DNA of 61,211 bases. It comes from a virus. Positions within the stretch are counted from its first letter, which is position 1. Each line of letters opens with the position of its first letter. Made by a program: the position numbers and the translations under genes. The stretch is taken from IMG/VR virus record IMGVR_UViG_3300045988_081724; one strand, given 5' to 3'. Below, piece by piece: positions 47,161 through 56,511 of the stretch. The notes beneath the pieces are model-generated. The model was given only the letters and a program-made list of their open reading frames with translations. It searched no databases and was not told where the DNA came from.

Positions 47161-47171
47161 TTAACTTAGTA

Positions 47172-47212
47172 CACAATAAAACAGCCCAGTTATTCTTGGG
47201 CTGTTTTATGTC
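47172..47212. terminator. Bidirectional terminator downstream of the HTH gene
   Basis: Hairpin ACAGCCCAG-TTATTC-TTGGGCTGT with T-runs. Confidence 0.65.
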
Positions 47213-47262
47213 TTTATTAAATTTACCCCCTTTGGGGTTAGAAACTGCTATAGCTACTACTT

Positions 47263-47661
47263 CTACTGGATTGTATTTAAATACTTAATACATTTTTCTT
47301 CACTATCAAACTCTATTTCGCTAGGCGTTCCAGTTCGATTATCGAAGGCAATATATTTGTCATTATCTTCGCAGAAAAATAGTCCCATTTGGTTATTATT
47401 ATTTCGGATCTCCTCTAGCTCGCTCGGTACAACGCGAATATATCCTACTTTTTTTAGTTCCATGGCATATCCTAGACAAGCCATCATTTCTAAAAACTTC
47501 TTGACTGTTACATCCTTTTGCAATACAAATCTCTGCCTGCACGCTTGACGGGTTAACCCACTACGTCTTGCCAGTACTGATAAACCGACTTTTTCTTTCT
47601 CCATGTATTGCTGCACAATTTCTGTTCCTGTTTTCATAATAAATCCTCCTGTTAAAATCAT
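47263..47661 (-). CDS. HTH-domain protein (putative transcriptional regulator)
   Basis: KVGLSVLARRSGLTRQACRQRF HTH-like segment. Confidence 0.4.
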   Translation of the reverse strand: MILTGGFIMKTGTEIVQQYMEKEKVGLSVLARRSGLTRQACRQRFVLQKDVTVKKFLEMMACLGYAMELKKVGYIRVVPSELEEIRNNNNQMGLFFCEDNDKYIAFDNRTGTPSEIEFDSEEKCIKYLNTIQ

Positions 47662-47695
47662 ATCATTTATTTCCCCTTTCCGTCAACTAATCGCT

Positions 47696-48103
47696 TTACA
47701 CGTGACAGTCAAACACTGCTACAATTTCATACCACCTGTTTGGCTCTGCCAACTTTTTGATCCATTCCTTAAACGTCATCGGTTGCTCTCCAGTGCAAAC
47801 CACTAACTCTTCCGAAATTTGTCGCACCATGCCATATAAATACCCTCGACACATTCCACATTTAATATCGTGCATGTTTTTCTCGCTCATAAAGAATAGT
47901 TTTTTGGTAGGCATGGTTATTCCTACGTCGTCATCCATGATTCGCCACATAAAGTTTACGATTGGTTTCCAGTCGCATTTCTCGCAATAATCGTATACAT
48001 CATTATCAATACCTCGTACAATCTCATCACATTCTTCTGTAAGGGGATGGTTTTGGCACCCTTTGTGCCATGCCTCAATCTGATACATGTACTGATGTGC
48101 CAT
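47696..48103 (-). CDS. Hypothetical Cys-rich protein (135 aa)
   Basis: ORF. Confidence 0.45.
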   Translation of the reverse strand: MAHQYMYQIEAWHKGCQNHPLTEECDEIVRGIDNDVYDYCEKCDWKPIVNFMWRIMDDDVGITMPTKKLFFMSEKNMHDIKCGMCRGYLYGMVRQISEELVVCTGEQPMTFKEWIKKLAEPNRWYEIVAVFDCHV

Positions 48104-48371
48104 GTTTTTCTCTCCATTCTAGCTCCGCTTCGATTCGTTCTTTAATGTCATGTGGAGACATGGCATTAAACGTCTCAAATGAGACAATATCAGGGGGTGG
48201 TTCTTTGTATACGAATTTAGTATCCGCAGTAACAAACGAGCTTGTGATTTTGTCGACTTTAGGATCGTATTCAATAACGACCTTGAAACTCTCTAACCTA
48301 CCGCCACTGTTGCCATACGACAAACAATGCGTATCGAAACTGGCAGCTCTAATGCCTTTGTACTTCCTCAT
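48075..48371 (-). CDS. Hypothetical protein (98 aa)
   Basis: ORF. Confidence 0.4.
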   Translation of the reverse strand: MRKYKGIRAASFDTHCLSYGNSGGRLESFKVVIEYDPKVDKITSSFVTADTKFVYKEPPPDIVSFETFNAMSPHDIKERIEAELEWREKHGTSVHVSD

Positions 48372-48592
48372 TTTTTAGCTCCTTTAATTTCAATAGCAAG
48401 AAACGGGGCAACTGAATTAGCTGACAATGGGGTTACTTTTGCAATCTTTAAATCGTGCCATTCCCTAAATTTTGAAAACGGCAAATTCTCAAGGTTTCCA
48501 TCATATAACGGATCTTCACCGCTGTATTCGTTCCGGCAAATTGTAACCCATGTGTCCATGTCAAGGACGTTTAACAACTGACTAAAATACAT
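48368..48592 (-). CDS. Hypothetical protein (74 aa)
   Basis: ORF. Confidence 0.35.
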   Translation of the reverse strand: MYFSQLLNVLDMDTWVTICRNEYSGEDPLYDGNLENLPFSKFREWHDLKIAKVTPLSANSVAPFLAIEIKGAKK

Positions 48593-49095
48593 TATGCAAA
48601 CACCTGCTTTCCAAAAATTCCATACTGCACAATTAAGTCAGCAATATAAGCATCAATATCCCCGGTATAAAGGCAATGTGAAGCCTTTAACATAAGTAAC
48701 GTATTTTCGGCATTCACATAATATGCATCTTTATTTTCAAATCCGTAACGTGAAAGGTCTAAATTGCTCGACGCAATCAGGTAAGCAATTCCACGAAGCA
48801 TCTTGAATTTATTAAGTTGGTACTGCTTTCCATCCAAATCTTTCAAAATGAGTGTTCCACCTTTTACTATGTGTTCCTCCGTAAAATACCCTTCCCAGTG
48901 TCCATCTTTGGGATAAACATCTTTACACCAGTATGCTATTCCATCAAAAGCACTGCAAAGTATATCTTCTAAATCATTATCAGTTACAAGAAGTTCCGTG
49001 ACAATACCATTCAATTCCATCTCAATAAGCGACGCAGGTTTAAGGTCTGCCGCCGTTAATATTTCTCGTCTAATGCGCCATTTGATTCTATTCAT
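48592..49095 (-). CDS. Hypothetical protein (167 aa)
   Basis: ORF. Confidence 0.45.
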   Translation of the reverse strand: MNRIKWRIRREILTAADLKPASLIEMELNGIVTELLVTDNDLEDILCSAFDGIAYWCKDVYPKDGHWEGYFTEEHIVKGGTLILKDLDGKQYQLNKFKMLRGIAYLIASSNLDLSRYGFENKDAYYVNAENTLLMLKASHCLYTGDIDAYIADLIVQYGIFGKQVFA

Positions 49096-49549
49096 TTCCT
49101 TCCCTCCACTTAAAGCAAGTCTCTAAATTGCTATATCCGATCAGAAGGCATCCTTCGCCCGCTCCGTCCTCTACAATTCCTTCTAAATTGAATTTCTTGA
49201 CATCGCTCCATAATTCATTTAACAAATTAGAAATTGGCTTTTGAAATTGACTTTCTAATTCTTCGATCTCATCAGATTCGACAAATGCCATTCCAGTCTC
49301 GTTTTCAACTGACCGCCAAAACATCTCTTGAAGTAACGGACACGCCCTATTTATATCAGGAATTTTTCTCGTTGCCGGTAGCTGAAATGAGTTATGGATT
49401 ATTATTTGGGTTTCAAACTCAGTTGGATTGCCTTTGTACTCACTTGGATCGAGACAAATAATTCTCTGATATCCTTGATTCGAAATACCAGCGAACACAT
49501 TCGCGTCATCTTCTACGACCCAATTCACCTTTACGTCGCCATAGATCAT
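49088..49549 (-). CDS. Hypothetical protein (153 aa)
   Basis: ORF. Confidence 0.45.
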   Translation of the reverse strand: MIYGDVKVNWVVEDDANVFAGISNQGYQRIICLDPSEYKGNPTEFETQIIIHNSFQLPATRKIPDINRACPLLQEMFWRSVENETGMAFVESDEIEELESQFQKPISNLLNELWSDVKKFNLEGIVEDGAGEGCLLIGYSNLETCFKWREGNE

Positions 49550-49567
49550 TTTTTGCTCCTTTCAAAA

Positions 49568-50011
49568 TTAGCAAGTTCTGATTAGTCCGCCAAACTGCGG
49601 CTTTACTCTGATGTATCCACTTTCTGATGACAGGTCATCAGTTTTATTCCACACATACACCCACGGTTCTCTATTAGCCACTTCTCTTCTTTCCCCTTCC
49701 CAATCAAGCGGATTTGCCGACACATACAACATCGTCAAGCATTCTCCAAACTCGAAGTGATTCAGGATACATGTGTACACCATGTTCCCAGTCTTTTCTT
49801 CAAAGGCTTTTACAGCCTCTTTTTCTTCGTCGTTGAGCCAGTACAACGCCCCGTATCCCTCTGACTTATTCAATACGCGGTCTTTCTTTCTGAAATCGCG
49901 AATTGCATTTCCGTAAATGTTTAACATCTTCATTCTTGCAATAGCTTCCGCTTTCATTTCCTGTTCTGTCATCTTAGTAAACCTCCCAAGTCTTAATCTT
50001 TGCTTCTGCAA
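49568..50011 (-). CDS. Hypothetical protein (147 aa)
   Basis: ORF. Confidence 0.45.
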   Translation of the reverse strand: MQKQRLRLGRFTKMTEQEMKAEAIARMKMLNIYGNAIRDFRKKDRVLNKSEGYGALYWLNDEEKEAVKAFEEKTGNMVYTCILNHFEFGECLTMLYVSANPLDWEGERREVANREPWVYVWNKTDDLSSESGYIRVKPQFGGLIRTC

Positions 50012-50036
50012 TCGCTTTCGCTTTCTTTAATGATTC

Positions 50037-50153
50037 AGCTTCAAGCAGCCAATCCCCCTGTTGGGAAGTGCCGTTCCACTTCCCATTAACCCTTCGAATG
50101 ATAATCAGATCATTCTCGCTATAATATGTCCCACTCCTTCCAATCCACCTCAT
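50037..50153 (-). CDS. Small ORF (38 aa, MRWIGRSGTYYSENDLIIIRRVNGKW...) with GGAGG RBS
   Basis: Manual translation; the ATG overlaps the upstream stop. Confidence 0.3.
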
Positions 50154-50678
50154 TTATTTTTCCTCCATCACTGCATTGTCTACTAAACCTTTAAGAGCTG
50201 CCAACTTTCTTGTATTCAAGAGATTTGCTACTTCGTCCATTGTTAACAGGTCGTATCCGACAAGTGTTTCGAGCCCTTTGATTACGCCATCCATTCTCAT
50301 TACCATAGCGGTAAGGTGCAGTTTAGTTTCGTAATAACTAACCTCATTCATATCATGTTTATGTTCATCAAGATAGATTTCAGCTTTTGTTACCGCGTTT
50401 ATATTCGCCATAATCTTTCTTGCTTTTTCTTTTGCCCCTTCCTTTTGCGTATCCTTAATTACTTCTTTAAAAGCGGCTTCACACTGCTTTTCAGCTTCTC
50501 CTTTCGTGATAATTTCGGTCTTTGTAAATGCCTCTACGTAGTTGCTTGCGACGAACGATTTCATCTTTGCGATAATCTCGCTTTCGTTTTGTGCCTTACT
50601 CATATACATGTCGTAATAAGCATTGTATACGGTTTCCAGTGCGTTTTCTTTTACTTCTTTTACTTCTTCTACTTTCAT
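50154..50678 (-). CDS. Hypothetical protein (174 aa) driven by a promoter-cassette copy
   Basis: ORF directly downstream of the conserved leader. Confidence 0.5.
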   Translation of the reverse strand: MKVEEVKEVKENALETVYNAYYDMYMSKAQNESEIIAKMKSFVASNYVEAFTKTEIITKGEAEKQCEAAFKEVIKDTQKEGAKEKARKIMANINAVTKAEIYLDEHKHDMNEVSYYETKLHLTAMVMRMDGVIKGLETLVGYDLLTMDEVANLLNTRKLAALKGLVDNAVMEEK

Positions 50679-50770
50679 CTTTGTTTCCTCCTGTTATTTA
50701 CTAACTATTTCCTTTGTTGTATATATATTACTACATTTCCCACGATTTGTAAAGTGATTTATTGTCTTAG
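50679..50770 (-). promoter_or_regulatory. Conserved promoter+leader cassette copy
   Basis: Near-identical to 12784-12870 through the -10 element; diverges upstream. Confidence 0.65.
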
Positions 50771-50797
50771 CTGGCATTTTCCCGATACAAGTTTGCA

Positions 50798-50832
50798 ACA
50801 AAAAAGCCCATCAAATTTTGATAGGCTTTTAT
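50798..50832. terminator. Terminator-like imperfect hairpin
   Basis: AGCCCATCAAA-TTTGATAGGCT with T-run on the minus strand. Confidence 0.45.
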
Positions 50833-50926
50833 CGTTCTATACATCTGTATGGAAATGGTTCACTTTAAAAACATAGCATCCCCTATGCCCTAAATGTGAA
50901 CTATTTCCTTACATTTGTATAGAACG
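50833..50926. repeat. Long imperfect inverted repeat (about 44-bp arms at roughly 80 percent identity around a 7-nt CATCCCC centre)
   Basis: Left arm cgttctatacatctgtatggaaatggttcac... against the reverse complement of the right arm cgttctatacaaatgtaaggaaatagttcac... Confidence 0.75.
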
Positions 50927-50951
50927 ATAATATCATTTTACGCATCCCCTT

Positions 50952-51425
50952 TCAACCTAAAACATCTGTCATTGCGTCTCTCTGCTCTTCTGCCAGTGCT
51001 TCTTGCCCTCTAATAAATTCGTCGCTATGCTCAATCTTGAATCCCATCTCACCTTCCACTCTTTCAATCTCATCATTGAAGAAAGCTCTCCAGTCATCCT
51101 CGTTTTTTACAAAATAGATATGGGGGCTTTTGCAATCCGTTTCATAAGAAATATCCTTGAACGACCATAATTTCCCGACGCAACGTGAGCATGGATCATG
51201 CTTAGTTTTGAGTTCAGCATATTTTTTTTGCTGAATATTGTGAAGATCAACCAGTCCTCTTTTGAATATTTCATCACAAATGTCTTTAAGGTCTGCCGGG
51301 TACGCATTTTGATAAAATGCCCACTCTGCCAGTTCACGAATGCTATATTTGCAATTGCGAATATAGCTAATATCTTCAACCTTGCAATTTAGCAAGCCAC
51401 AAATAATATCTTCATTTTGATTCAT
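50952..51425 (-). CDS. Hypothetical Cys-containing protein, paralog A
   Basis: Shares the C-terminal E.MGFKI.HSDEFI and N-terminal C..LL.C...D pattern with 51441..51878. Confidence 0.5.
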   Translation of the reverse strand: MNQNEDIICGLLNCKVEDISYIRNCKYSIRELAEWAFYQNAYPADLKDICDEIFKRGLVDLHNIQQKKYAELKTKHDPCSRCVGKLWSFKDISYETDCKSPHIYFVKNEDDWRAFFNDEIERVEGEMGFKIEHSDEFIRGQEALAEEQRDAMTDVLG

Positions 51426-51440
51426 AGCTATTTCCTCCCT

Positions 51441-51878
51441 TTATCTTCCGATGAACTCGTCGCTATGCTGAATCTTGAATCCCATATCATTCTCGACTTT
51501 TTCAATCTCCTTTTGAAAATAACGCCGCCATAATTTTTCATTCCCTACAAATCTGATGTATGGAACGAAACAATTAGCCTCATAACGAATGTCAGCGTAT
51601 GCACTCAAAGATCCAAATTCTTTTAGCGGTGACTCATTTTCATTGATGCCATTTAACCTAAGACGCTTTGATTCTTCCCACACTGCTTTTTCTAAAGCAT
51701 CCCTTCCTTTTGTAAAAATCTCTTCAATCAACCCATTTATATCAGGCATTGCTTCTTCATACGTGATATATCTATTAACGAGTTCGCGAAGATTATACTT
51801 GCAGTCTTTAATCATTTCGAGGTCATCAATTCCACAATCAAGCAAGTTGCATAAGCAGTCTTTTTCATTTCTGTACAT
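51441..51878 (-). CDS. Hypothetical Cys-containing protein, paralog B (start MYRNEKD with AGGAGAG RBS; the ORF extends to 51953)
   Basis: Paralog of 50952..51425. Confidence 0.5.
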   Translation of the reverse strand: MYRNEKDCLCNLLDCGIDDLEMIKDCKYNLRELVNRYITYEEAMPDINGLIEEIFTKGRDALEKAVWEESKRLRLNGINENESPLKEFGSLSAYADIRYEANCFVPYIRFVGNEKLWRRYFQKEIEKVENDMGFKIQHSDEFIGR

Positions 51879-51880
51879 TT

Positions 51881-52450
51881 TTACTCTCCTGTTGCCTTTA
51901 AAAAACCTTTCATTTTCGGAAGTGTTTCTACCACTCTGCAAAACTCCTTCCATTCCGGCAACGCATGATTTTTTCTCTGCTTGTACATGTTCAGTAGCTG
52001 CAAATAATTGGTATTTACCCGTGCTCGTTCCTCTAGCCCTACCGGAACACTATAGATCAATGCATTTTTATCTACATTCTCTTTCTTTTGCAGCGCGTCA
52101 TAAAATTCATTTACTCTATTCTCAAACGCCTCTATTACTTCTTTCGGCGTCCCTTCTGCAAATGTCCAGTTGCGTTTCGCCACGCAATGCATTAAGCCCT
52201 GGCTCATTACAATATCAAACCAGTGATAACGCTGCGCCTGTTGCCACCACTTTATACTTGCAGTGATTGTCATACCAACACGCGCTCCGACAAGAAAATT
52301 TGCCTCTCCGCTACTTACTCCACGGCTAACAAGTGTATTTGCAAGTTTTTTAGTGCTAACCTTAAACGGATCATATTCATCGCCATAACTTAATCCAATA
52401 GCCGCCAATGCGCTATTTAATCCTGATACTGTAATCTTTTCAATTTTCAT
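51881..52450 (-). CDS. Hypothetical protein (189 aa); weak resemblance to the ThyX signature (..TASIKWWQQAQRY..)
   Basis: ORF; S-x-QQ-x-QRY segment only. No RHR motif. Confidence 0.3.
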   Translation of the reverse strand: MKIEKITVSGLNSALAAIGLSYGDEYDPFKVSTKKLANTLVSRGVSSGEANFLVGARVGMTITASIKWWQQAQRYHWFDIVMSQGLMHCVAKRNWTFAEGTPKEVIEAFENRVNEFYDALQKKENVDKNALIYSVPVGLEERARVNTNYLQLLNMYKQRKNHALPEWKEFCRVVETLPKMKGFLKATGE

Positions 52451-52790
52451 AGCTTGCTCCGCTAACTAATCCAACTTCTACGAGCTTTTTAACTGCATCA
52501 ATCTGTGCCTTCGTCATTTTTAGGGACGTATCGTCAGGACAGATACCTTCATACCAAACCATAACTAACCCACGATACCCATGCTTTTTTAGCCGTTCCA
52601 TCTCAATGTCATGTGACGGGCTAGCAAGAAAAACCAACCCATTTTGCGTTACTATGCATTCGCAATAGCACACGAAGCACTTGGGATACTGCTTCGTCAT
52701 TTTAATAAACTCATCCGGTGTAAATCCAACACCTCGAAACTTTGTATATGGAGAATCAGGCGGATTCATAAAGTGTTCAAGCATCATCAT
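52440..52790 (-). CDS. Hypothetical protein (116 aa)
   Basis: ORF. Confidence 0.45.
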   Translation of the reverse strand: MMMLEHFMNPPDSPYTKFRGVGFTPDEFIKMTKQYPKCFVCYCECIVTQNGLVFLASPSHDIEMERLKKHGYRGLVMVWYEGICPDDTSLKMTKAQIDAVKKLVEVGLVSGASYEN

Positions 52791-53023
52791 TAACGCCCCC
52801 TCTTTTTTGATAATGTGTTCTCAGTGTTAACCGTTATAACAAGACCAAACTGGTTTCCAGTCCCAACCTCGCGCACAGCCATACGTAATACATTATCGTC
52901 CACATTATCATGTGTTCTGTTACCACACAAATAACTATCGTATAGATATTTGTCTGTTGCAATATCATATACGCATACATCATCCTCTTTACTGCAAACC
53001 TTCAATAAGTCTCCAACTGTCAT
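52790..53023 (-). CDS. Hypothetical protein (77 aa)
   Basis: ORF. Confidence 0.4.
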   Translation of the reverse strand: MTVGDLLKVCSKEDDVCVYDIATDKYLYDSYLCGNRTHDNVDDNVLRMAVREVGTGNQFGLVITVNTENTLSKKRGR

Positions 53024-53352
53024 TTGACTTCCCCTTTCACAACAATCACCAACACTGGTTCAATGGTATCATCAATATAAATGTCATTTATTGTTTCATC
53101 ATATCGGAAAAACTCAGGGCAATAATCAGGAAAAATGTCGCACACTTCCCTATTTTTTAATTCTTCCAATGTATACGAAAATTTAGGATGACCAAATTTG
53201 CCACGTCTGCCACGTATTTTTATTGTGTCAATATTTTCGTACATAGATTCAGTTGAATTAGTTGATTCAAAAATAGCAAAATGCACAAGACTTTTATTCA
53301 CGTTTTTTAAAACTTCGCTAACTGTCATTTTTATCTCTCCTTCATCACACAC
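53020..53352 (-). CDS. Hypothetical protein (110 aa)
   Basis: ORF. Confidence 0.45.
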   Translation of the reverse strand: MCDEGEIKMTVSEVLKNVNKSLVHFAIFESTNSTESMYENIDTIKIRGRRGKFGHPKFSYTLEELKNREVCDIFPDYCPEFFRYDETINDIYIDDTIEPVLVIVVKGEVK

Positions 53353-53695
53353 TTACGCCAGTGTGATACTTGAAATAGTCTTTTATGTATTTCTCACCGA
53401 ATTTATTAACCATCCATTTGAAGTATGCGGCGTTTATCTTCGACGGGTAAAATGGTTCCCAGTCTCGAGTTTCAGGCGGCTCGAAATCATAATATACATA
53501 CCTAGTTTCCGCATAGCATTTTTCTTGTTCATCATCGTCGGGCGGTATTTCTTCCCAAAACGTAACGTATAAATTTGGGTTACTGTCGATATAAATTTGT
53601 GTTTGCTCGCGGTCAAAAGAATCACATCCCATGACAACTTTTTCCAGCTCTTCTATGTCTTTCTTTGTAAGTTTTTCAATGTACATTATTAACAC
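53345..53695 (-). CDS. Hypothetical protein (116 aa)
   Basis: ORF. Confidence 0.45.
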   Translation of the reverse strand: MLIMYIEKLTKKDIEELEKVVMGCDSFDREQTQIYIDSNPNLYVTFWEEIPPDDDEQEKCYAETRYVYYDFEPPETRDWEPFYPSKINAAYFKWMVNKFGEKYIKDYFKYHTGVSV

Positions 53696-54078
53696 GCACC
53701 CTCTTTTTCTTGAGATAATCTTTTAAACATCTTGATTAGCTGTTCATCCCTTAACCCGTTATCAGCATTAGATATTTCGAGAAGGTCGTTGAAATTTTTT
53801 CGTTTCCTATCCTCTTGTAATCTAACCTCGTATCCCTTTCCAACCGTGCTTGAAAGTAAATCACCTTTTTCATGCCATTTGTTAAACCGAAGAACAGGAT
53901 ATGCCCATGGCTTATTCCGAAAGTCTCTTTCAGTTTTCCATGCAATGGACACCTCTAAAAGGTATTCAGGGCTAAGTCGAATGTACTTGTGTAGCCAAAC
54001 TGCCTGCCATAAGTTTACCTTGAACCCATTGCCGCACTTTTTATTCCATACTTCGATTTGTTTTCTCGTGATTTTCAT
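53689..54078 (-). CDS. Hypothetical protein (129 aa)
   Basis: ORF. Confidence 0.45.
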   Translation of the reverse strand: MKITRKQIEVWNKKCGNGFKVNLWQAVWLHKYIRLSPEYLLEVSIAWKTERDFRNKPWAYPVLRFNKWHEKGDLLSSTVGKGYEVRLQEDRKRKNFNDLLEISNADNGLRDEQLIKMFKRLSQEKEGAC

Positions 54079-54093
54079 TCTGCTTTCCTCCGT

Positions 54094-54489
54094 TTATCTT
54101 GCCCACACATCGTCTGCACTCGATCCAATAGCAGGGATAGCACATGCAGCAATATCTTCAATTAAGTTATATTTTTCACATTCGTCTGCATCCGGCAAGA
54201 ATGAATCAGGATACCCATTCTCGCTATCGTCCAGCCAAAACCAATAAGCGCAAGCGTTAAAATCATTATCACGGATTCGAAACAGTCCTCCTTTTCCATC
54301 GTATCCGCATTGCCAAAACAGATTATGAATTTCACCTTCAGTTTCAAACTGAATAGCTACTCCTTGTCCATCTTCGATAATCTCTGTTTTTAAAATCCTG
54401 TATCTTCTCATTCCTGTTCCTCCGTAAACCCGACTCTTTCCATTAGATACGGATCGCTTAAAATTCCTTGAATAATTTCCTCTTTCCAA
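54094..54489 (-). CDS. Hypothetical protein (start possibly MRRYRIL at 54411)
   Basis: ORF; its 5' end overlaps the next ORF. Confidence 0.4.
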   Translation of the reverse strand: MERGNYSRNFKRSVSNGKSRVYGGTGMRRYRILKTEIIEDGQGVAIQFETEGEIHNLFWQCGYDGKGGLFRIRDNDFNACAYWFWLDDSENGYPDSFLPDADECEKYNLIEDIAACAIPAIGSSADDVWAR

Positions 54490-54815
54490 GGAAACATCAA
54501 CTCATCCAGCTCGTCACTGGAAGAAAATCTATTATTCAGCGATGTATAGGCTTGCCATTCACACCCAAGAGAAAACTTATGCTCGTCTATTGACTGGCTT
54601 ATAGCCTCCGCAAGGCTTAGGAAATCATTGATTACATCTCTCATCATGTAATCAATTTCATGGGTTCGAAAGAAATACACGTCGCTCCCATGTTCTGTTG
54701 CTTCGCCAGCAATTTCCGCAATTTCATTATCATTTTTCAAATTCAGTAGCATGTTCCATACTCTGTCTTGGTCATTAGTAAATGGATCGTACATTTTTAG
54801 TCCTCCAATTTCCAT
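54408..54815 (-). CDS. Hypothetical acidic protein (135 aa)
   Basis: ORF. Confidence 0.45.
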   Translation of the reverse strand: MEIGGLKMYDPFTNDQDRVWNMLLNLKNDNEIAEIAGEATEHGSDVYFFRTHEIDYMMRDVINDFLSLAEAISQSIDEHKFSLGCEWQAYTSLNNRFSSSDELDELMFPWKEEIIQGILSDPYLMERVGFTEEQE

Positions 54816-55012
54816 TCCCCGACTTTGTTCCCGTTGAAATCAAATACAAATCCCTTCGTATTTCCTTCTTTAAGTCTTTTAGCAATCCTGTCTAGCAATC
54901 TTCGGATTTCGCATGCAGTGGGATCAAGTGGGTAGTTCCCACTTGCATCCACTTGTCCACTCAAATCATCTCTGAATGCCGCTCCCGACGTCATAATTTT
55001 TACGGTAAACAT
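54797..55012 (-). CDS. Hypothetical protein (71 aa)
   Basis: ORF. Confidence 0.4.
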   Translation of the reverse strand: MFTVKIMTSGAAFRDDLSGQVDASGNYPLDPTACEIRRLLDRIAKRLKEGNTKGFVFDFNGNKVGEWKLED

Positions 55013-55035
55013 AAGTAACTCCCCTTTCTTATTTT

Positions 55036-55284
55036 TTAATCCATTGCCATATATTTAGGCTCATCATCAATGGTTATGTTCCAAAGGAACAGATAATCAT
55101 CTCGAATCTCTTTATTTTCCCAATTTTCTTTTCGGAGCCTTACTGCGTCAATAACTTCCCATTCGCCATTGTCGTCCTTGTCAATCCATTCAAAAAGTCC
55201 TCTTTCGTAGTTGTAACGGAACTTTCTGCCGCTTCTTTTAACAATTTTGCTGTACTTCATTTTGTGCCTCCTGTTATTTACCAA
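55036..55284 (-). CDS. Hypothetical protein (82 aa) driven by a promoter-cassette copy
   Basis: ORF directly downstream of the conserved leader. Confidence 0.5.
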   Translation of the reverse strand: MVNNRRHKMKYSKIVKRSGRKFRYNYERGLFEWIDKDDNGEWEVIDAVRLRKENWENKEIRDDYLFLWNITIDDEPKYMAMD

Positions 55285-55350
55285 CTTTTTTCTTTGTTGT
55301 ATATATATTACTACATTTTGCCTGATTTGTAAAGTGATTTATTGTCTAAG
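55285..55350 (-). promoter_or_regulatory. Conserved promoter+leader cassette copy
   Basis: Near-identical core TTTACA-17-TAATAT plus leader. Confidence 0.65.
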
Positions 55351-55370
55351 TTAGTAAATCGTCGCCAAGA

Positions 55371-55413
55371 ATTTTTAAAAAAAGATACGCTCCGATAGAT
55401 CAGAACGTATCTT
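55371..55413. terminator. Rho-independent terminator downstream of the ArpU-like gene
   Basis: Hairpin AAGATACG-N16-CGTATCTT with TTTTT on the minus strand. Confidence 0.55.
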
Positions 55414-55418
55414 TAGAC

Positions 55419-55988
55419 TTACATAGATGACAAGTAAATAGCAATGATACTTCTCGCTATATTATCATCCTTATAGATTGTTTTCTCTGACACATGTTCT
55501 TGCTCTGCTATTTCCTGCACAGATGCTTTATTTTTATTCATATATAAGGCATCTATAACTCGGTAGCGTCGCAAGGATTCTTCGCTTCCGTTATCTTCAC
55601 ACTCCTGTTTATAAAAGGAAACCGCTTTCTCGATCTTTTTGACCTTATAATAATTGTACTGTAGTTTGCGTTCTGTTATGTATGCAACTTTTTCAGCATA
55701 TAACTTTTCATCGGGATTTCCCATAAGCTCCCGAAGATATTCCCACTGCAAGCTAATCGCTTCTTCCTTAGTGGGTTGGATCTCATCTGTCGCTACCCTT
55801 TTTAATCTTCGATAGTCCGAAAGCATTTTTTTAGCTGCTTTTTGTGGACTGTAAACTTCTCTTTTCTTTTCTTCCAGTTCGTTTATCTCGTTTACGGTGG
55901 TTTTGGCAACTTCTTTCGCAAGTTCCAGTATTTTTTCCACCGTAATCGTAAGCTCTACGTCACCCAACGTTCGTACTTCTTGCTCCAT
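55419..55988 (-). CDS. ArpU/RinA-like (sigma region-4-like) transcriptional regulator, tentative
   Basis: C-terminal ...ASVQEIAEQEHVSEKTIYKDDNIARSIIAIYL HTH-like segment; 189 aa. Confidence 0.45.
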   Translation of the reverse strand: MEQEVRTLGDVELTITVEKILELAKEVAKTTVNEINELEEKKREVYSPQKAAKKMLSDYRRLKRVATDEIQPTKEEAISLQWEYLRELMGNPDEKLYAEKVAYITERKLQYNYYKVKKIEKAVSFYKQECEDNGSEESLRRYRVIDALYMNKNKASVQEIAEQEHVSEKTIYKDDNIARSIIAIYLSSM

Positions 55989-56004
55989 CGGTTGCCTCCA
56001 CTAA

Positions 56005-56487
56005 TTAGAACGGGATATCTTCATCCTGATACTGTGGTTGATAGTTCCCTTCGGGTTTCGCCTGTCCGAACTGCCCGAATGAGCCGCTCTGCTGTTGTCC
56101 ATAGTTTTGACCATTGTTCCACTGTTGTTTCTGCGGCTGTCCTTGCCCACGCTTTTGATAATTGACAGGAAGCGGTAAAGCAATGAAATTAACAACAATT
56201 TCCGTGATATATTTATCCTGCCCGTTTTTATCTTGATACTTTCGGCTTTCCCAACGCCCTTTAATATATACGCGCTTTCCCTTTTTTAAATAATTCGCCG
56301 CTGACTCTGCCAACTCATTCCAAACAACGCACGGAATAAAACTAGCTACCTCTTTCATTTCCCCAGTTGCTCTGTCCTGATATTTGCGATTTGATCCAAC
56401 ACTAAACCTAACCATGCAGCCGCCAGTCTTTGTAGCCCTTACGTCAGGGTCTTTTGTTAAATTTCCTAAGATTTCAATCGTGTCCAT
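56005..56487 (-). CDS. ssb: Single-stranded DNA-binding protein (start MDTIEILGNL; the ORF extends to 56502)
   Basis: OB-fold N-terminus; Gly/Gln-rich tail ending DEDIPF. Confidence 0.85.
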   Translation of the reverse strand: MDTIEILGNLTKDPDVRATKTGGCMVRFSVGSNRKYQDRATGEMKEVASFIPCVVWNELAESAANYLKKGKRVYIKGRWESRKYQDKNGQDKYITEIVVNFIALPLPVNYQKRGQGQPQKQQWNNGQNYGQQQSGSFGQFGQAKPEGNYQPQYQDEDIPF

Positions 56488-56511
56488 TTTAAGCCCCCAC
56501 ATTAACTATTT

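Noticed and set aside
51589-52266. 225-aa plus-strand ORF
   Set aside because: It is antisense to two minus-strand genes. The sequence is low-complexity Ser/Leu-rich with no RBS.
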